A DNA stretch of 64,000 nt from Escherichia phage vB_EcoS_Uz-1: the sequence record OP312987.1; one strand, 5' to 3'. Made by a program: the position numbers and the translations under genes. The stretch's first letter is position 1. The number at the start of each line of letters is the position of its first letter. Positions 39,046 through 48,633 of the stretch are shown piece by piece. The notes under the pieces are model-generated. The model worked only from the letters and a program-made list of their open reading frames with translations. It was not told the DNA's origin and did not search any database.

Positions 39046-39486
39046 TTAACTACGTTTAAGGCCAGCGAACAGTGAAGGCTTAGTAGCAGGTTTCTCTGCT
39101 GGTTCTTCAGCCTTAACTACTTCCTGCACAATTTCTTCTTGTGCTTCTGGTTCAGCTACAGCTTCTTCGTTAGGCTCCGACGTAGAACTCCCGTTCGGAC
39201 CACCAGTAGAGGTCTGGGTTTCTTCTTCCTTTACCTCTTCAACCACTTCTTCCGGTTCCGGTTCTACCGGACGGTGTTTGGCTTCCTGTGGGTTCTTACG
39301 AGAACGACGTGTCTTCTTCTCTACTCCCACGGGTGGAGCATCATGACTTACCTCTTCGTTGATACCAACGGAGGCTGTACCATCTGCATTGATGACAATA
39401 CTAATGTCACCTGCAAGATTGATTTGATCATCGACATAAGCCTGTACAGCAGCTTCTACTTCGGACTGGTTCAAAATGATTTGCAT
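39046..39486 (-). CDS. acidic hypothetical protein
   Basis: 146-aa ORF with Glu/Pro-rich C-terminal half, ahead of the resolvase gene in the minus-strand operon. Confidence 0.55.
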   Translation of the reverse strand: MQIILNQSEVEAAVQAYVDDQINLAGDISIVINADGTASVGINEEVSHDAPPVGVEKKTRRSRKNPQEAKHRPVEPEPEEVVEEVKEEETQTSTGGPNGSSTSEPNEEAVAEPEAQEEIVQEVVKAEEPAEKPATKPSLFAGLKRS

Positions 39487-39487
39487 G

Positions 39488-40042
39488 TTACGCCTTTAAT
39501 AATTTAATGAGGTTCTGGAAAGCTGGGAGATTTACACCAGCGTGGATTGCACCGATTGCATCTGCTAAGTGCTCATTCTTATTCAGAAGTTTGCCTTTCT
39601 TATCAGTGAGCCAGTTGGCTTCTGGATAGATGGCATGAGCAGCACGAATCATCGTGTCCTTAGATGCAGTTTTATCACCGACCAGTGCAAGTTTGTTTTC
39701 AATTGGGGATACTTCAAAGATTGGACAACCCAATGCACGAAATGCACCAATTAATCCTACGCATACACCATAGGATTTCATACCGTTAGCAGACTGGGAG
39801 CCTACTGGTACTTCTACGAATACTGCTTTAGCAGACCGTAACCATTCCTCGCAACCGAGAAACAAATCATGAGCGGCTTGTATATCTTTGGAGTTGGTTC
39901 GAACTTGTTTGTTGTGGTCAACTTCAGTTTGAACCAGTTTAAGTTCGACCTGCTCGAAAACGCCGGACTCAATGTCCAGCATCCCACGAGCTAAACCCCA
40001 ATTGCGGAGACTAATGTCTGCACCAACAATTGGGATTTTCAT
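39488..40042 (-). CDS. RuvC-like Holliday junction resolvase
   Basis: N-terminal MKIPIVGADISLRNWGLA and C-terminal NEHLADAIGAIHAGV resemble RuvC-family catalytic regions; 184 aa. Confidence 0.55.
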   Translation of the reverse strand: MKIPIVGADISLRNWGLARGMLDIESGVFEQVELKLVQTEVDHNKQVRTNSKDIQAAHDLFLGCEEWLRSAKAVFVEVPVGSQSANGMKSYGVCVGLIGAFRALGCPIFEVSPIENKLALVGDKTASKDTMIRAAHAIYPEANWLTDKKGKLLNKNEHLADAIGAIHAGVNLPAFQNLIKLLKA

Positions 40043-40845
40043 TAACGCTTACCGAACAGTGATTTACCACCAGCAGGAGCAGTACCCGTGCCAGCACCTG
40101 GTTTAGGTTTAGGAGGCAAGCCACCTTTGCCATTACCACCAGCAGAACCCTTGGTCTTATCACGGGTTTTGCCTTTGTTTTTCTCCAGCCATGCTGCATA
40201 GAATACAGCCAGTTCTGGGGTCAGTTCTTTTTCAGCCTTCTCTGCTTCCTGAGCCTCGACGACTGTGACCAGCAGTTCCGGATGAAATACTTTCTGAATC
40301 TCGTTTACTTCACGAGTTTCACCGGAATCAACGTAACCGTTGTCACCCTTAACCTGCTTGGATTCCAGAACTTTTTCCAGAGCGAAGGTAACAGTCTGAC
40401 CAACCAGGTCAACTGGAACCATGACAGATTTATTAACTTCTGCTTTGGCATCGAAGTCATAGACTTTAACAATCTTCTCTTCGAAGTCAGCTTCAGGCAG
40501 TTCCGTACCGGTAGCCATCAGCATCATGTCATTGATGACGGTATAACCTGGCAGGAAGTATTCTTTACCGTTCTTCTCGTAAGTAGGCTTATTACCTTTA
40601 GAATTACCAGAAGTGAAGTACACCTGTGCACGGAACTCACCAGCATGCATGCCAGCGGAACCTTTCAGGTTTTCAATGATTAACTGCATCCAGTCTGCAC
40701 CAGAGTCAGCTTTACCAACGTAAGCTACTTTGACCTCTCCGGTGTAGATATCAGTCTCTTTTGCACCGAATCCACCACCACCAAGGGTGTCTTTTACAGC
40801 TTCAACGTTTTTGGTTTTTTCTTTCAAGTTACTGAACAGGGACAT
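40042..40845 (-). CDS. single-stranded DNA-binding protein candidate (N4 SSB-like by position)
   Basis: 267-aa ORF next to ATPase and primase genes, the position of the SSB gene in N4-like genomes as I recall; Gly/Pro/Lys-rich C-terminal tail. Confidence 0.45.
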   Translation of the reverse strand: MSLFSNLKEKTKNVEAVKDTLGGGGFGAKETDIYTGEVKVAYVGKADSGADWMQLIIENLKGSAGMHAGEFRAQVYFTSGNSKGNKPTYEKNGKEYFLPGYTVINDMMLMATGTELPEADFEEKIVKVYDFDAKAEVNKSVMVPVDLVGQTVTFALEKVLESKQVKGDNGYVDSGETREVNEIQKVFHPELLVTVVEAQEAEKAEKELTPELAVFYAAWLEKNKGKTRDKTKGSAGGNGKGGLPPKPKPGAGTGTAPAGGKSLFGKR

Positions 40846-40884
40846 AATATTTTCCTAATAAGTGATTAACAACCAGGCAAACGC

Positions 40885-41637
40885 TTAAGCGTAGTATTCA
40901 GCCAGATGGTCTAAGAGTTTCTGGGCATCGTTATCAATATAAGTCTCGGACTTATCGAACATACCCATTGGGGAACGAAGTCGTTTACCAACCGACTTCT
41001 TAGTTGGACGGGTCTGGAATACGTGCTTATACCCTAAGTCACGTTCTTCTTCCGTAATTTCAAGCATCTTGTTGCCATACTTCTCCAGTTCCTTAATGTC
41101 TACACGCTCTGCGTAAACCACTGTAGAGAAGTAAGCCTCAAGGCCATTGTTCTTCAGAGAGCCTTTCACTGGGATGAACGTTTTAATCACACCAGCAGCT
41201 TCGTCGAGTTCATCTTTGGCATGGGCAGTAATAATTACCGGCTTACCAAACTTAACAACTTTCTGTTGCAGCAGTATTTTAAAGAACTGTGCAAAGTCAC
41301 CCCATGCTTTCTGGGTATTAGCAGATGGCAGTACATACTGGGATTCCAGCATATCCATCATGAAGGTAGCAGAGTCGATAATGATACCGTCAACATCGTC
41401 TGCCATTTCTCCACCCGGGGATGCAACATCAAACGCTTCCCAAATCTGGTATGGGTCTTCAATGTTGTAGGTATTGAACTTGTTACGGAAAGGCAGACGT
41501 TTACCTGCTTCTGTATTCAGGTAGAGCCAGCGTTCCTGGTTCCTGATGTTACGCAGTGATGCTGATTTACCACTCGCTGAGAATCCTGCAATCAGGATTA
41601 GCTGAGTGTTCATATCATTGGAGATTTCTTCGGACAT
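40885..41637 (-). CDS. P-loop ATPase (replication/recombination associated)
   Basis: Walker A GFSASGKS near the N-terminus; 250 aa. Confidence 0.65.
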   Translation of the reverse strand: MSEEISNDMNTQLILIAGFSASGKSASLRNIRNQERWLYLNTEAGKRLPFRNKFNTYNIEDPYQIWEAFDVASPGGEMADDVDGIIIDSATFMMDMLESQYVLPSANTQKAWGDFAQFFKILLQQKVVKFGKPVIITAHAKDELDEAAGVIKTFIPVKGSLKNNGLEAYFSTVVYAERVDIKELEKYGNKMLEITEEERDLGYKHVFQTRPTKKSVGKRLRSPMGMFDKSETYIDNDAQKLLDHLAEYYA

Positions 41638-41693
41638 TATTTTTCCTCGTTTAATTTAGGAGTCCTTCAAACCAAAGAAAGACTCCTGTTTAC

Positions 41694-43586
41694 TTATTTG
41701 CCAGCGTAGCGTTTAGCCACGGTGACCATTACGGTTGCATTCAATTCATCATCAGGTAATGGATTAGCCAGCTTCTTATTGAATGAGTGGACGGCTTGCT
41801 GTACTTGAGCAAAGTCCCAACCACTGTCAACCAATGCCAGTGCGTACTTAATCATTTGATTATTACGATTACCGGAGGCAATACGACTAGCGAACCAACG
41901 CTCCAGATTATCCAACGACTGTACTTCCTTCATCTGGTTCTGGAACTGCTCGTTCTTACTAGTACGAGGAATAAAGTCACGCACATCTAACAGATTTGCA
42001 TCAAGGTTGTAATGATAAGAACCAGTCTCACAGGACATCCACTTCTTGGCTCGTTGGTTAGCTGACTCATCTGTTTCGAATGGTAGCCAAGCCATAACGT
42101 TATTCATGAACTCTTTGTATTCCTCTGTATCGAGGTGTAACTCATAGTTCATTGGAATAATCAGACGGAAGCGGTTCTCTTCATCAGTATGACGCTTGGT
42201 GGTATAGGTCATGAACTTATATTCCTTCATCAGTTCATGGCACGTATGCAGTGGTACTCCACCATCACAGTCAATAACAATCATGTTAAATCCTGGGATA
42301 ACGTTCTCTTCAGAACGATGCCCATTCTTCATGTGATGGTTTACCCAGTGCATACCGGGAGCTTGGGTTAATACATGCAACTGGTCGAACGGTACGCGTT
42401 CACCAATGTAGTCATAAGCAAAGCTATCACTATATGCCACTATCATCTCATTGATGTCAGTCTCTTTAAGAGTTTCACCACGGAAGAACTCAATACCCTC
42501 ATTGAAGGTCTTCTTAATGATGATGTGCTGTTTGTAACCCCATGCAGTAGCAAGAGTCATCATTTCATTACGAGCTGCATTACCACTCTTATAGAATGGT
42601 AAAGACTCCAGCAAGTCAGCATGAGTTACTTCTTTACCTACGGAGGCAATGTACTTAGCCAGCTTCACATAGGCTTTTTCACGATTAAGGATTGTCTGGA
42701 ATGCTGCCCCAGATTCCTCTACAAGCAGAATTGCTTGTTTAAGGTGAGCCATCTCAATAAATGAACTCTGGTCAACAAATGCCAGTGCACCTGCCAGCTT
42801 AAGAGCTTTGAAGTAACGGTGGGAGATTTCAGCTTTACGAATCTCTTCGTGGTCAGCCATAGCTTCTGCTTGTTTCTCACAATCAATTTTGTAAGTAATC
42901 AGGGCAATACCTACAGCATCTTCCACAATCATCTTAAAGCCAAACAAGTTTGGGTCAGCCAGACTATGGAAGTGGTTAGCCCATTTACCAAGAGACTGTA
43001 CGTTATCCTGTTTAATCAGGTTACGGTAGATTTCTTCTGGGGTTAGTGTTGCATGTGCTCGTTTGTCTAAATGCCCGATGGCAAACAAACAACGACGTGC
43101 ATAACCTGTATCAAGGAAGTCATAGAACTGGTCCTCAGTCTGACCACCATCCAGCAGTTTACTCGGAGTACCAAACAACAGCAGGTTAGTTGGAGTCTTA
43201 CCGTCCAGTTCTTCACCACGAACGCTTTCAGCAGTATTCTTGGTCAGCTTCTGCTTAACCTTACCCTGGTCATATAGCTCCAGAAACAGAGTTAATACAT
43301 CAGAGTTAGCCAACAGATTTGAACCAATTTCATCAATTTGAAGATTGATTGAACCACATCCAGCCATTAACAGTTTATGACGTAGCTGTTTAACTGCTGG
43401 TGGAGTACCTGAGTCAAACGTAAACGGATATGCTCCGGCACGTTTATATTCTGCTTCAACTTTATCAAACTCTTCCTGCTGGTCAGTACCTTGACGTGCA
43501 GAGCGTTCGTTAGCAATCTTCCATAGACGGTCATTTGCAATGACGGGCATGGTGTCTTCCATAAAACGTTTACGGAAGCCAGTCAT
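41694..43586 (-). CDS. DNA primase-like protein (AEP-type motif in C-terminal half)
   Basis: 630 aa; Walker B-like LQIDEIGS in the N-terminal part, hhhDxD-like NMIVIDCDGG in the C-terminal part; start overlaps upstream ORF stop (ATGA). Confidence 0.5.
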   Translation of the reverse strand: MTGFRKRFMEDTMPVIANDRLWKIANERSARQGTDQQEEFDKVEAEYKRAGAYPFTFDSGTPPAVKQLRHKLLMAGCGSINLQIDEIGSNLLANSDVLTLFLELYDQGKVKQKLTKNTAESVRGEELDGKTPTNLLLFGTPSKLLDGGQTEDQFYDFLDTGYARRCLFAIGHLDKRAHATLTPEEIYRNLIKQDNVQSLGKWANHFHSLADPNLFGFKMIVEDAVGIALITYKIDCEKQAEAMADHEEIRKAEISHRYFKALKLAGALAFVDQSSFIEMAHLKQAILLVEESGAAFQTILNREKAYVKLAKYIASVGKEVTHADLLESLPFYKSGNAARNEMMTLATAWGYKQHIIIKKTFNEGIEFFRGETLKETDINEMIVAYSDSFAYDYIGERVPFDQLHVLTQAPGMHWVNHHMKNGHRSEENVIPGFNMIVIDCDGGVPLHTCHELMKEYKFMTYTTKRHTDEENRFRLIIPMNYELHLDTEEYKEFMNNVMAWLPFETDESANQRAKKWMSCETGSYHYNLDANLLDVRDFIPRTSKNEQFQNQMKEVQSLDNLERWFASRIASGNRNNQMIKYALALVDSGWDFAQVQQAVHSFNKKLANPLPDDELNATVMVTVAKRYAGK

Positions 43587-43903
43587 GAACCCGTCTTCGA
43601 TGATATTACTGAGTGACCTTTACCGAAACCAGATGTAGCCAACGCTATAGCGTAGATGTTTACCGGCAGGTCACCACGGTCTTTAGTTACGATGGTTGCA
43701 CCCATGCAGGATGCCATTTTAGCCAAGAAGTAGGCTACTTCGACACGGAAGAATCCCCGGTCATTGTTCTGGGTTTTATTGCAGAGCACATCTACGATTT
43801 CTTCAATCGCTGGATGGTGCACTACTCCGGTAAGGTCAATACTCATGATGGAAAATATCTCTCTCTTTGTTTGCAAATGGTCGCGACAGGGCAGTATAAA
43901 CAA
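43583..43903 (-). CDS. small hypothetical protein, possibly the N-terminal segment of the primase gene
   Basis: 106-aa ORF ending ATSGFGKGHS..., ATGA overlap with the primase ORF. Confidence 0.4.
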   Translation of the reverse strand: MFILPCRDHLQTKREIFSIMSIDLTGVVHHPAIEEIVDVLCNKTQNNDRGFFRVEVAYFLAKMASCMGATIVTKDRGDLPVNIYAIALATSGFGKGHSVISSKTGS

Positions 43904-44823
43904 CGCTTAACCTGCCCCTCCACGACCTTGATAGCACCCTTGCCACCTTTTTCAGCCATGAAGATACGGGCAGATGCCATATCGTCAAAGTTTTTGGTAC
44001 TTCTGGCTCCAGGCACATCTACCTTAGAAGCATCAGAGAAGTATTTGAATTGTGGCTCTGTTCGCCACAACTCCTCGTCAGTACATTCAGGAATTTCCTC
44101 TTCAGGAGCATCCCAGTACTTTTCGATGAGGTGAATCTTCTCTTCCACCCAACGTTCAGTCTTCTCGACAGATAGCAGCGGAATATCCTTATGCATAATA
44201 CGATTAGCAGGATAGTTCGGGTTGCTATTAGCCATGTGTTTCATGAAGTCAGTGAAGATGTAGTTAATACGGATTACATCCTCCGTAATGATGTCGTTAT
44301 GAATCCAACGGTACAAGCTGCCTTGCATCTTGTGTTCATCATCACGGGAACCGGCAACCCAGGAATAGGTTGAGGTAGACTTAAAGTCTTGCAACAGACC
44401 TTCCGTTACGATGTCGAACTTACCACCGATAGTCCAACCCTTAACTACCCTGGTTCCACGTTGTTCAATGTAGATTGGGATAAGGTCTGGGTTAGCATCA
44501 AAGTCTGCTTTGGTTGGGTTAATGACTACTGCATCAATGACTCGCTGAGGATAGCCTAGTTTCTTCAATGCAGTCTTATGCCCCAGCTTCCAGGCTTTCT
44601 CAATAGAATCATGCAAGCCAGTACCCATTGATGTGGAGACGAAATCCATAACATCAATGGATTGTTCACTGAGATCTACGCGATGCTTCATGACGATTTG
44701 CTTAATGGGTTTAAGCAATGTAGTAGCAGACAAGTACTTAGGATTGTCTACATAATCATACTCGTCATGTAATAGCCATACAGCTAGTGCAAGACTAACG
44801 TCGTGTTTGTTGGTAAGTTTCAT
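43843..44823 (-). CDS. PD-(D/E)XK nuclease, Cas4-like exonuclease with C-terminal Cys cluster
   Basis: GKFDIVTEG...QDFK nuclease-like motifs and C-terminal C-x2-C-x5-C (KRCLYCPVATICK); 326 aa. Confidence 0.5.
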   Translation of the reverse strand: MKLTNKHDVSLALAVWLLHDEYDYVDNPKYLSATTLLKPIKQIVMKHRVDLSEQSIDVMDFVSTSMGTGLHDSIEKAWKLGHKTALKKLGYPQRVIDAVVINPTKADFDANPDLIPIYIEQRGTRVVKGWTIGGKFDIVTEGLLQDFKSTSTYSWVAGSRDDEHKMQGSLYRWIHNDIITEDVIRINYIFTDFMKHMANSNPNYPANRIMHKDIPLLSVEKTERWVEEKIHLIEKYWDAPEEEIPECTDEELWRTEPQFKYFSDASKVDVPGARSTKNFDDMASARIFMAEKGGKGAIKVVEGQVKRCLYCPVATICKQRERYFPS

Positions 44824-45317
44824 AACAGTCCCAATTGCTTATTAGTTTTAGCAAACTCACCATAATGAGTTATAGCAGCTTCATCATAGAGAACAGCAGC
44901 TTCTCTTGGGTCATCTGTAAAACCTAATGTAATTGGTTTACTGTTAACCCAAATAGTTGCTCTGTATTTACCTAAATTCTTTGAAAAGGATACCCCCTTA
45001 AATCCAGATGTGTTTGTTTTAGATAAAACAGCACTCTGGTTATTCTGCTTGTGGGTCGCTTCTCTGAGGTTATCTATCCAGTTGTGATGGCGAATATTGT
45101 CCTTATGGTCAATCCTATCCGTAGGCCATACACCGTGCACATAGAACCATGCAAGGATATGCCCATAGTACAACACACTATCTACACGGAGTTGAACGTA
45201 ACCACTCTTCATTAGGTAACCAGATACCTTTCCGGTATTCCTACGAGTAAAAATCCCGGAAATAGGGTCATAACTAACAAGCTGTAAAAGCCTGTCATGG
45301 GCAATCCTCTGTTTCAT
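44820..45317 (-). CDS. HNH homing endonuclease with AP2-like DNA-binding domain
   Basis: HNH motif IDHKDNIRHHNWIDNLREATHKQN followed by GFKGVSF...YRATIW...LGFTDDPREAAVLYDEAA; 165 aa; flanked by a duplicated fragment of the downstream gene. Confidence 0.85.
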   Translation of the reverse strand: MKQRIAHDRLLQLVSYDPISGIFTRRNTGKVSGYLMKSGYVQLRVDSVLYYGHILAWFYVHGVWPTDRIDHKDNIRHHNWIDNLREATHKQNNQSAVLSKTNTSGFKGVSFSKNLGKYRATIWVNSKPITLGFTDDPREAAVLYDEAAITHYGEFAKTNKQLGLL

Positions 45318-45324
45318 AATTAGT

Positions 45325-45392
45325 TACTCGTCATGCAATAGCCATACAGCCAGGGCCAGTGATACATCATGGTTGTTGGTTATCTTCATTAG
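45325..45392 (-). repeat. duplicated 5' fragment of the exonuclease gene (direct repeat with 44757..44823)
   Basis: About 77% identical over 64 nt to the first 64 nt of the exonuclease gene, first 34 nt nearly identical; encodes MKITNNHDVSLALAVWLLHDE-stop versus MKLTNKHDVSLALAVWLLHDEYDY... Confidence 0.7.
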
Positions 45393-45865
45393 TAAGTAAT
45401 CCTGTATCTGTGAACCCAGTTCCACTTAATTTCACTTAGCTGATTGAAGTTATACGAGTAAATTTCATCTCGTTCATCTTTATAAACAATCTCAATGAAT
45501 GAAAATTCTTTAGTGAAGTGAGGTTTACCATTGTTTGTATGGTGCCAATAACTACCAACGGTATTTACATTCGTAGCAGGATCCGGAAATAACTCACTAG
45601 CTAACTTCTCTTTAGCGAGAATACGATTAGCGTAATGAACCAGCTTCTCAGCATCATACACCGAAGAGTTTCCTGGTTTACCATTACCCATACGGGCAGC
45701 AGCATTTCGCCATAGAGCCTTAAAGGCACAACCTTCATCGAAGGTCATGCCCAGTGCCTGGATAATATCCTCACACTCTGCTTGGTATGGCTCTTGCTCT
45801 TTCCGTTGGGGGTTCTTAACTGGTACTACATACCAGTTATTCAATCCACCGGAGAGCTTAGTCAT
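45389..45865 (-). CDS. hypothetical protein
   Basis: 158-aa ORF; its stop overlaps the ATG of the duplicated exonuclease fragment (TAATG). Confidence 0.55.
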   Translation of the reverse strand: MTKLSGGLNNWYVVPVKNPQRKEQEPYQAECEDIIQALGMTFDEGCAFKALWRNAAARMGNGKPGNSSVYDAEKLVHYANRILAKEKLASELFPDPATNVNTVGSYWHHTNNGKPHFTKEFSFIEIVYKDERDEIYSYNFNQLSEIKWNWVHRYRITY

Positions 45866-46170
45866 TATTCCCCCTTGGGAATCATGTTTGCCTGGAACTC
45901 TGGTTCAGACATCAGACCCAGGTTGTTAATGGACAGATAAACAATGTCTTTCAAATCAACCGAAGTGTCGAAACGCTGGTCCAGACTAATTTTAAGAGAG
46001 TGATTGGCACGGGCCAAATCTTTATAGGTCACATGAGGCTCGTCAGTGAGCAGCATTGTGTTCATAGTAAGCAGGGAGCCATCATCAGCTTTGGGAAGCT
46101 GGAAGATTACCTGTGCTGCTACCATCCAATGATATTTTCTGACAACGGTTTCTTTAGTACTTTTAGTCAT
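45865..46170 (-). CDS. hypothetical protein
   Basis: 101-aa ORF directly downstream of the DNA polymerase gene. Confidence 0.5.
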   Translation of the reverse strand: MTKSTKETVVRKYHWMVAAQVIFQLPKADDGSLLTMNTMLLTDEPHVTYKDLARANHSLKISLDQRFDTSVDLKDIVYLSINNLGLMSEPEFQANMIPKGE

Positions 46171-46661
46171 GCGAATGCCTTTTGAATTATTTGATGAACT
46201 TCATCTGGGGTAGCGTGATTTGGAATTTCAATCTCGTTAGCCCACGTTGGATAAAACAAGGATAGTTCCCCACCCAAACCAACTTCTGGATGAGCAATAT
46301 CAGGATGGTCTTGCCAGTTAACGGCTTCAACCAAGTGCTTGTTCGTATACTGTAAGGTATCCATGTTGTCACGGATCATGAAGTATTGGGCATCATGAAT
46401 GTGAATACAAGGACGGATATCTAACCTGAACTCACTGGTTCTGACTTTACGCATAAACTCTGAGCCAGCACGGTTATTAAGTAGACACCAGCTTTGACCT
46501 AATGCATTACCAGCAGTTCTGCCTTCAGCTTCTGCTTCATACGGAGTCTTACATGTCCCACGTAATACCTGAGCCAGTAAAGGAGTACGCACTCTTAAAC
46601 CAAATGCAGCAGTTACATAACCAGTCTTAGCAGCTTCGTCTAGCTTAGCCTGAACCCACAA
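46167..46661 (-). CDS. DNA polymerase family A, C-terminal fragment
   Basis: ...GYVTAAFGLRVRTP ... AEGRTAGNALGQS ... IHIHDAQYF resemble the Pol I C-terminal region and motif C; frame is open upstream to about 46739. Confidence 0.8.
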   Translation of the reverse strand: MWVQAKLDEAAKTGYVTAAFGLRVRTPLLAQVLRGTCKTPYEAEAEGRTAGNALGQSWCLLNNRAGSEFMRKVRTSEFRLDIRPCIHIHDAQYFMIRDNMDTLQYTNKHLVEAVNWQDHPDIAHPEVGLGGELSLFYPTWANEIEIPNHATPDEVHQIIQKAFA

Positions 46662-46669
46662 ATCACTAA

Positions 46670-47122
46670 CTACATAGAGATCGTGATAACGTTTCTCCGT
46701 AGTTTTAGCCTTCTCTTCGGAGAAGCCACAGTTTTCATTAAGCCCATGTAAGTACCACCATAGGTAAGCAGGAAGGTTGGAGCCTTCGAGTCACTACGTA
46801 ATGATTTGTACTTATGCTGAATGGAATTAATGGATTCTACTGTGTCTTCTATGTCTGGCATCTGCTCACCAAAATAAGCATATGCACGGAGACTGTGACC
46901 ATCATAGCCATCGGTATATACCTTAAGCTTCTGCGGGTCTTTAGTAGTTAAAGCTGAGATACGGTCTTCAAGGCTTGCAAAGTCCAGTCCACAAAATATC
47001 CAACCTGGTGGTGCTTCGAAGCATTTCTTAATCTTCTTGGCGTATTTGGAACCACTGGGGATGGTCTGTAGATTAGGCTCGGACGCTGAGAGACGTCCTG
47101 ATACTGTGCCTCCAAATTGAGG
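46670..47122 (-). CDS. DNA polymerase family A, middle fragment (motifs A and B)
   Basis: Hand translation of a second frame: PQFGGTVSGRLSASEPNLQTIPS ... CGLDFASLEDRISA ... KAPTFLLTYGGTYMGL; the ORF track shows only its last 63 codons (46670..46861). Confidence 0.7.
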   Translation of the reverse strand, partial: PQFGGTVSGRLSASEPNLQTIPSGSKYAKKIKKCFEAPPGWIFCGLDFASLEDRISALTTKDPQKLKVYTDGYDGHSLRAYAYFGEQMPDIEDTVESINSIQHKYKSLRSDSKAPTFLLTYGGTYMGLMKTVASPKRRLKLRRNVITISM

Positions 47123-48633
47123 TTACCGAACAGGTAGTGCCATCCATCTGGTCCAGGTTGTGCATTACGGAAAGCTGGGATGAATGAAGTGATGATCTTA
47201 TCCACCAGCTTATAGTCGATAAGTGCATTGAGCAGTTCCTTAACATCTTCACTCTGCGTATGTGTACGCAGTGCTTTAATAGTGTCACCGTCAGTAGCAG
47301 GTTGCTTGCTCTTAGTAAGACCAAGAACCGGTAAGCCGATGTAGTCAAATAACAATTTCTGTAATTGTGGACCAGAGTTAGGATTAAACTCTATGTCACA
47401 ATCAGCCAACGTTACCTGCTTCTTCTTAAGCTTGGCATTCTTATCGTCTACCCATTCCTGACGAAGCATCAGGGTGAAGTTCTTCATGAGCTTAGACTCA
47501 CGAATAGTTTTCAGAGCCTGGTTCCTGTCAGTTTCCATTTCTTCAGCTACTTGGTTAACGGTTTCCATATTCATGGGCATACCGGTTAACTGCATCTGAA
47601 TAATGTCTTCGCAGGCTGGTTTAAAGATGTTGTTATAAACATCTAGTTGGTTATCAGCTACCAGGGTATCCCAGTGTTTCTCGTAGGTGTACCAGGTACA
47701 CAAACCATCAATAAGGTTGTATCGTAACAGTTGCTCATTAGGAATGAGACGAATGTCTTTAATATCATCCTGAGCATAGTTACCAGCATACTCCTGAGCC
47801 TGCTCTTTTAGACTAAGGTGATTACCAGCACAACTGTTAGTAGCTAAATAAGTAATTAATTTAGTACAGTCCCAGTTACGCAGCATGATGTCCATGCCAT
47901 GCAGTAAGCCTCCAGTATCAATCAGGTTATCCATGAATAACTGATAAATAAGTATGTACACATCATAACTAATGTTGTGATACATCTGCCGTTGGGTGTA
48001 CTTAATGAAGAACTCACGGAGAAGATTTCGAACAATATCATTACGATTGATTCTCCCATAAGGTGCTTCAGTAGCTCCCCTAATTGGCTCGTAATCCACA
48101 TTAAAGGCTATGCCCTGTGTCTTACTCCAACAGAACGTAATTGTTCCTATACCTGCGTTATAGTGCTTTAAACCGAATGCCTCGATGTCTATAGCCAGAG
48201 GCTTATTCATCTCAAGCAACTGGTCTAGCCAGGCTTTAATCTTTTCTGGAGTATCTGGATAGGCTTCAAACTCAATGATTCCCTGACCTGGTTCAGCATA
48301 CTGCCCACGTATGTGGTTTAGTAATGCATCCATACCCTGAGCAATTTTGGCTCTCACTACAGGTGGGTCATAAAAGACCTGTCTGTAACTAGGCGTATAG
48401 ATAACTTTCTGTTTACCCCATACTGAATCACAAACATAGCCGAGATTAGCCTCTGCTTTAGCCTCTTTAGTCAGTATTTTGAAGTAATCAGAATCGGTGC
48501 AGATAATGTACTGGGTCTCTGCATCATCCAGTACTTGCTGCAATTCCTGCTTTATGAACTCCTTAATCTCTCTTGCTGGGGTCTTCTTCTTGCCCGGAGC
48601 AGAGTGAAGTTCAATAAAGATGAAGTCTTCCAT
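46948..48633 (-). CDS. DNA polymerase family A, N-terminal fragment with 3'-5' exonuclease motifs
   Basis: LAIDIEAFGL (Exo I-like) and HNISYDVY (Exo II-like) in a 561-aa ORF; authentic sequence ends near 47100; a strong SD plus ATG at 48670 joins this frame if the T3 run at 48658-48660 is one base longer. Confidence 0.8.
   Translation of the reverse strand: MEDFIFIELHSAPGKKKTPAREIKEFIKQELQQVLDDAETQYIICTDSDYFKILTKEAKAEANLGYVCDSVWGKQKVIYTPSYRQVFYDPPVVRAKIAQGMDALLNHIRGQYAEPGQGIIEFEAYPDTPEKIKAWLDQLLEMNKPLAIDIEAFGLKHYNAGIGTITFCWSKTQGIAFNVDYEPIRGATEAPYGRINRNDIVRNLLREFFIKYTQRQMYHNISYDVYILIYQLFMDNLIDTGGLLHGMDIMLRNWDCTKLITYLATNSCAGNHLSLKEQAQEYAGNYAQDDIKDIRLIPNEQLLRYNLIDGLCTWYTYEKHWDTLVADNQLDVYNNIFKPACEDIIQMQLTGMPMNMETVNQVAEEMETDRNQALKTIRESKLMKNFTLMLRQEWVDDKNAKLKKKQVTLADCDIEFNPNSGPQLQKLLFDYIGLPVLGLTKSKQPATDGDTIKALRTHTQSEDVKELLNALIDYKLVDKIITSFIPAFRNAQPGPDGWHYLFGNLNLEAQYQDVSQRPSLIYRPSPVVPNTPRRLRNASKHHQVGYFVDWTLQALKTVSQL

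Noticed and set aside
43583-43903. Walker A in the small ORF upstream of the primase (SGFGKGHS)
   Set aside because: The Lys is not followed by Ser/Thr as a true Walker A requires; kept only as a hypothetical ORF.
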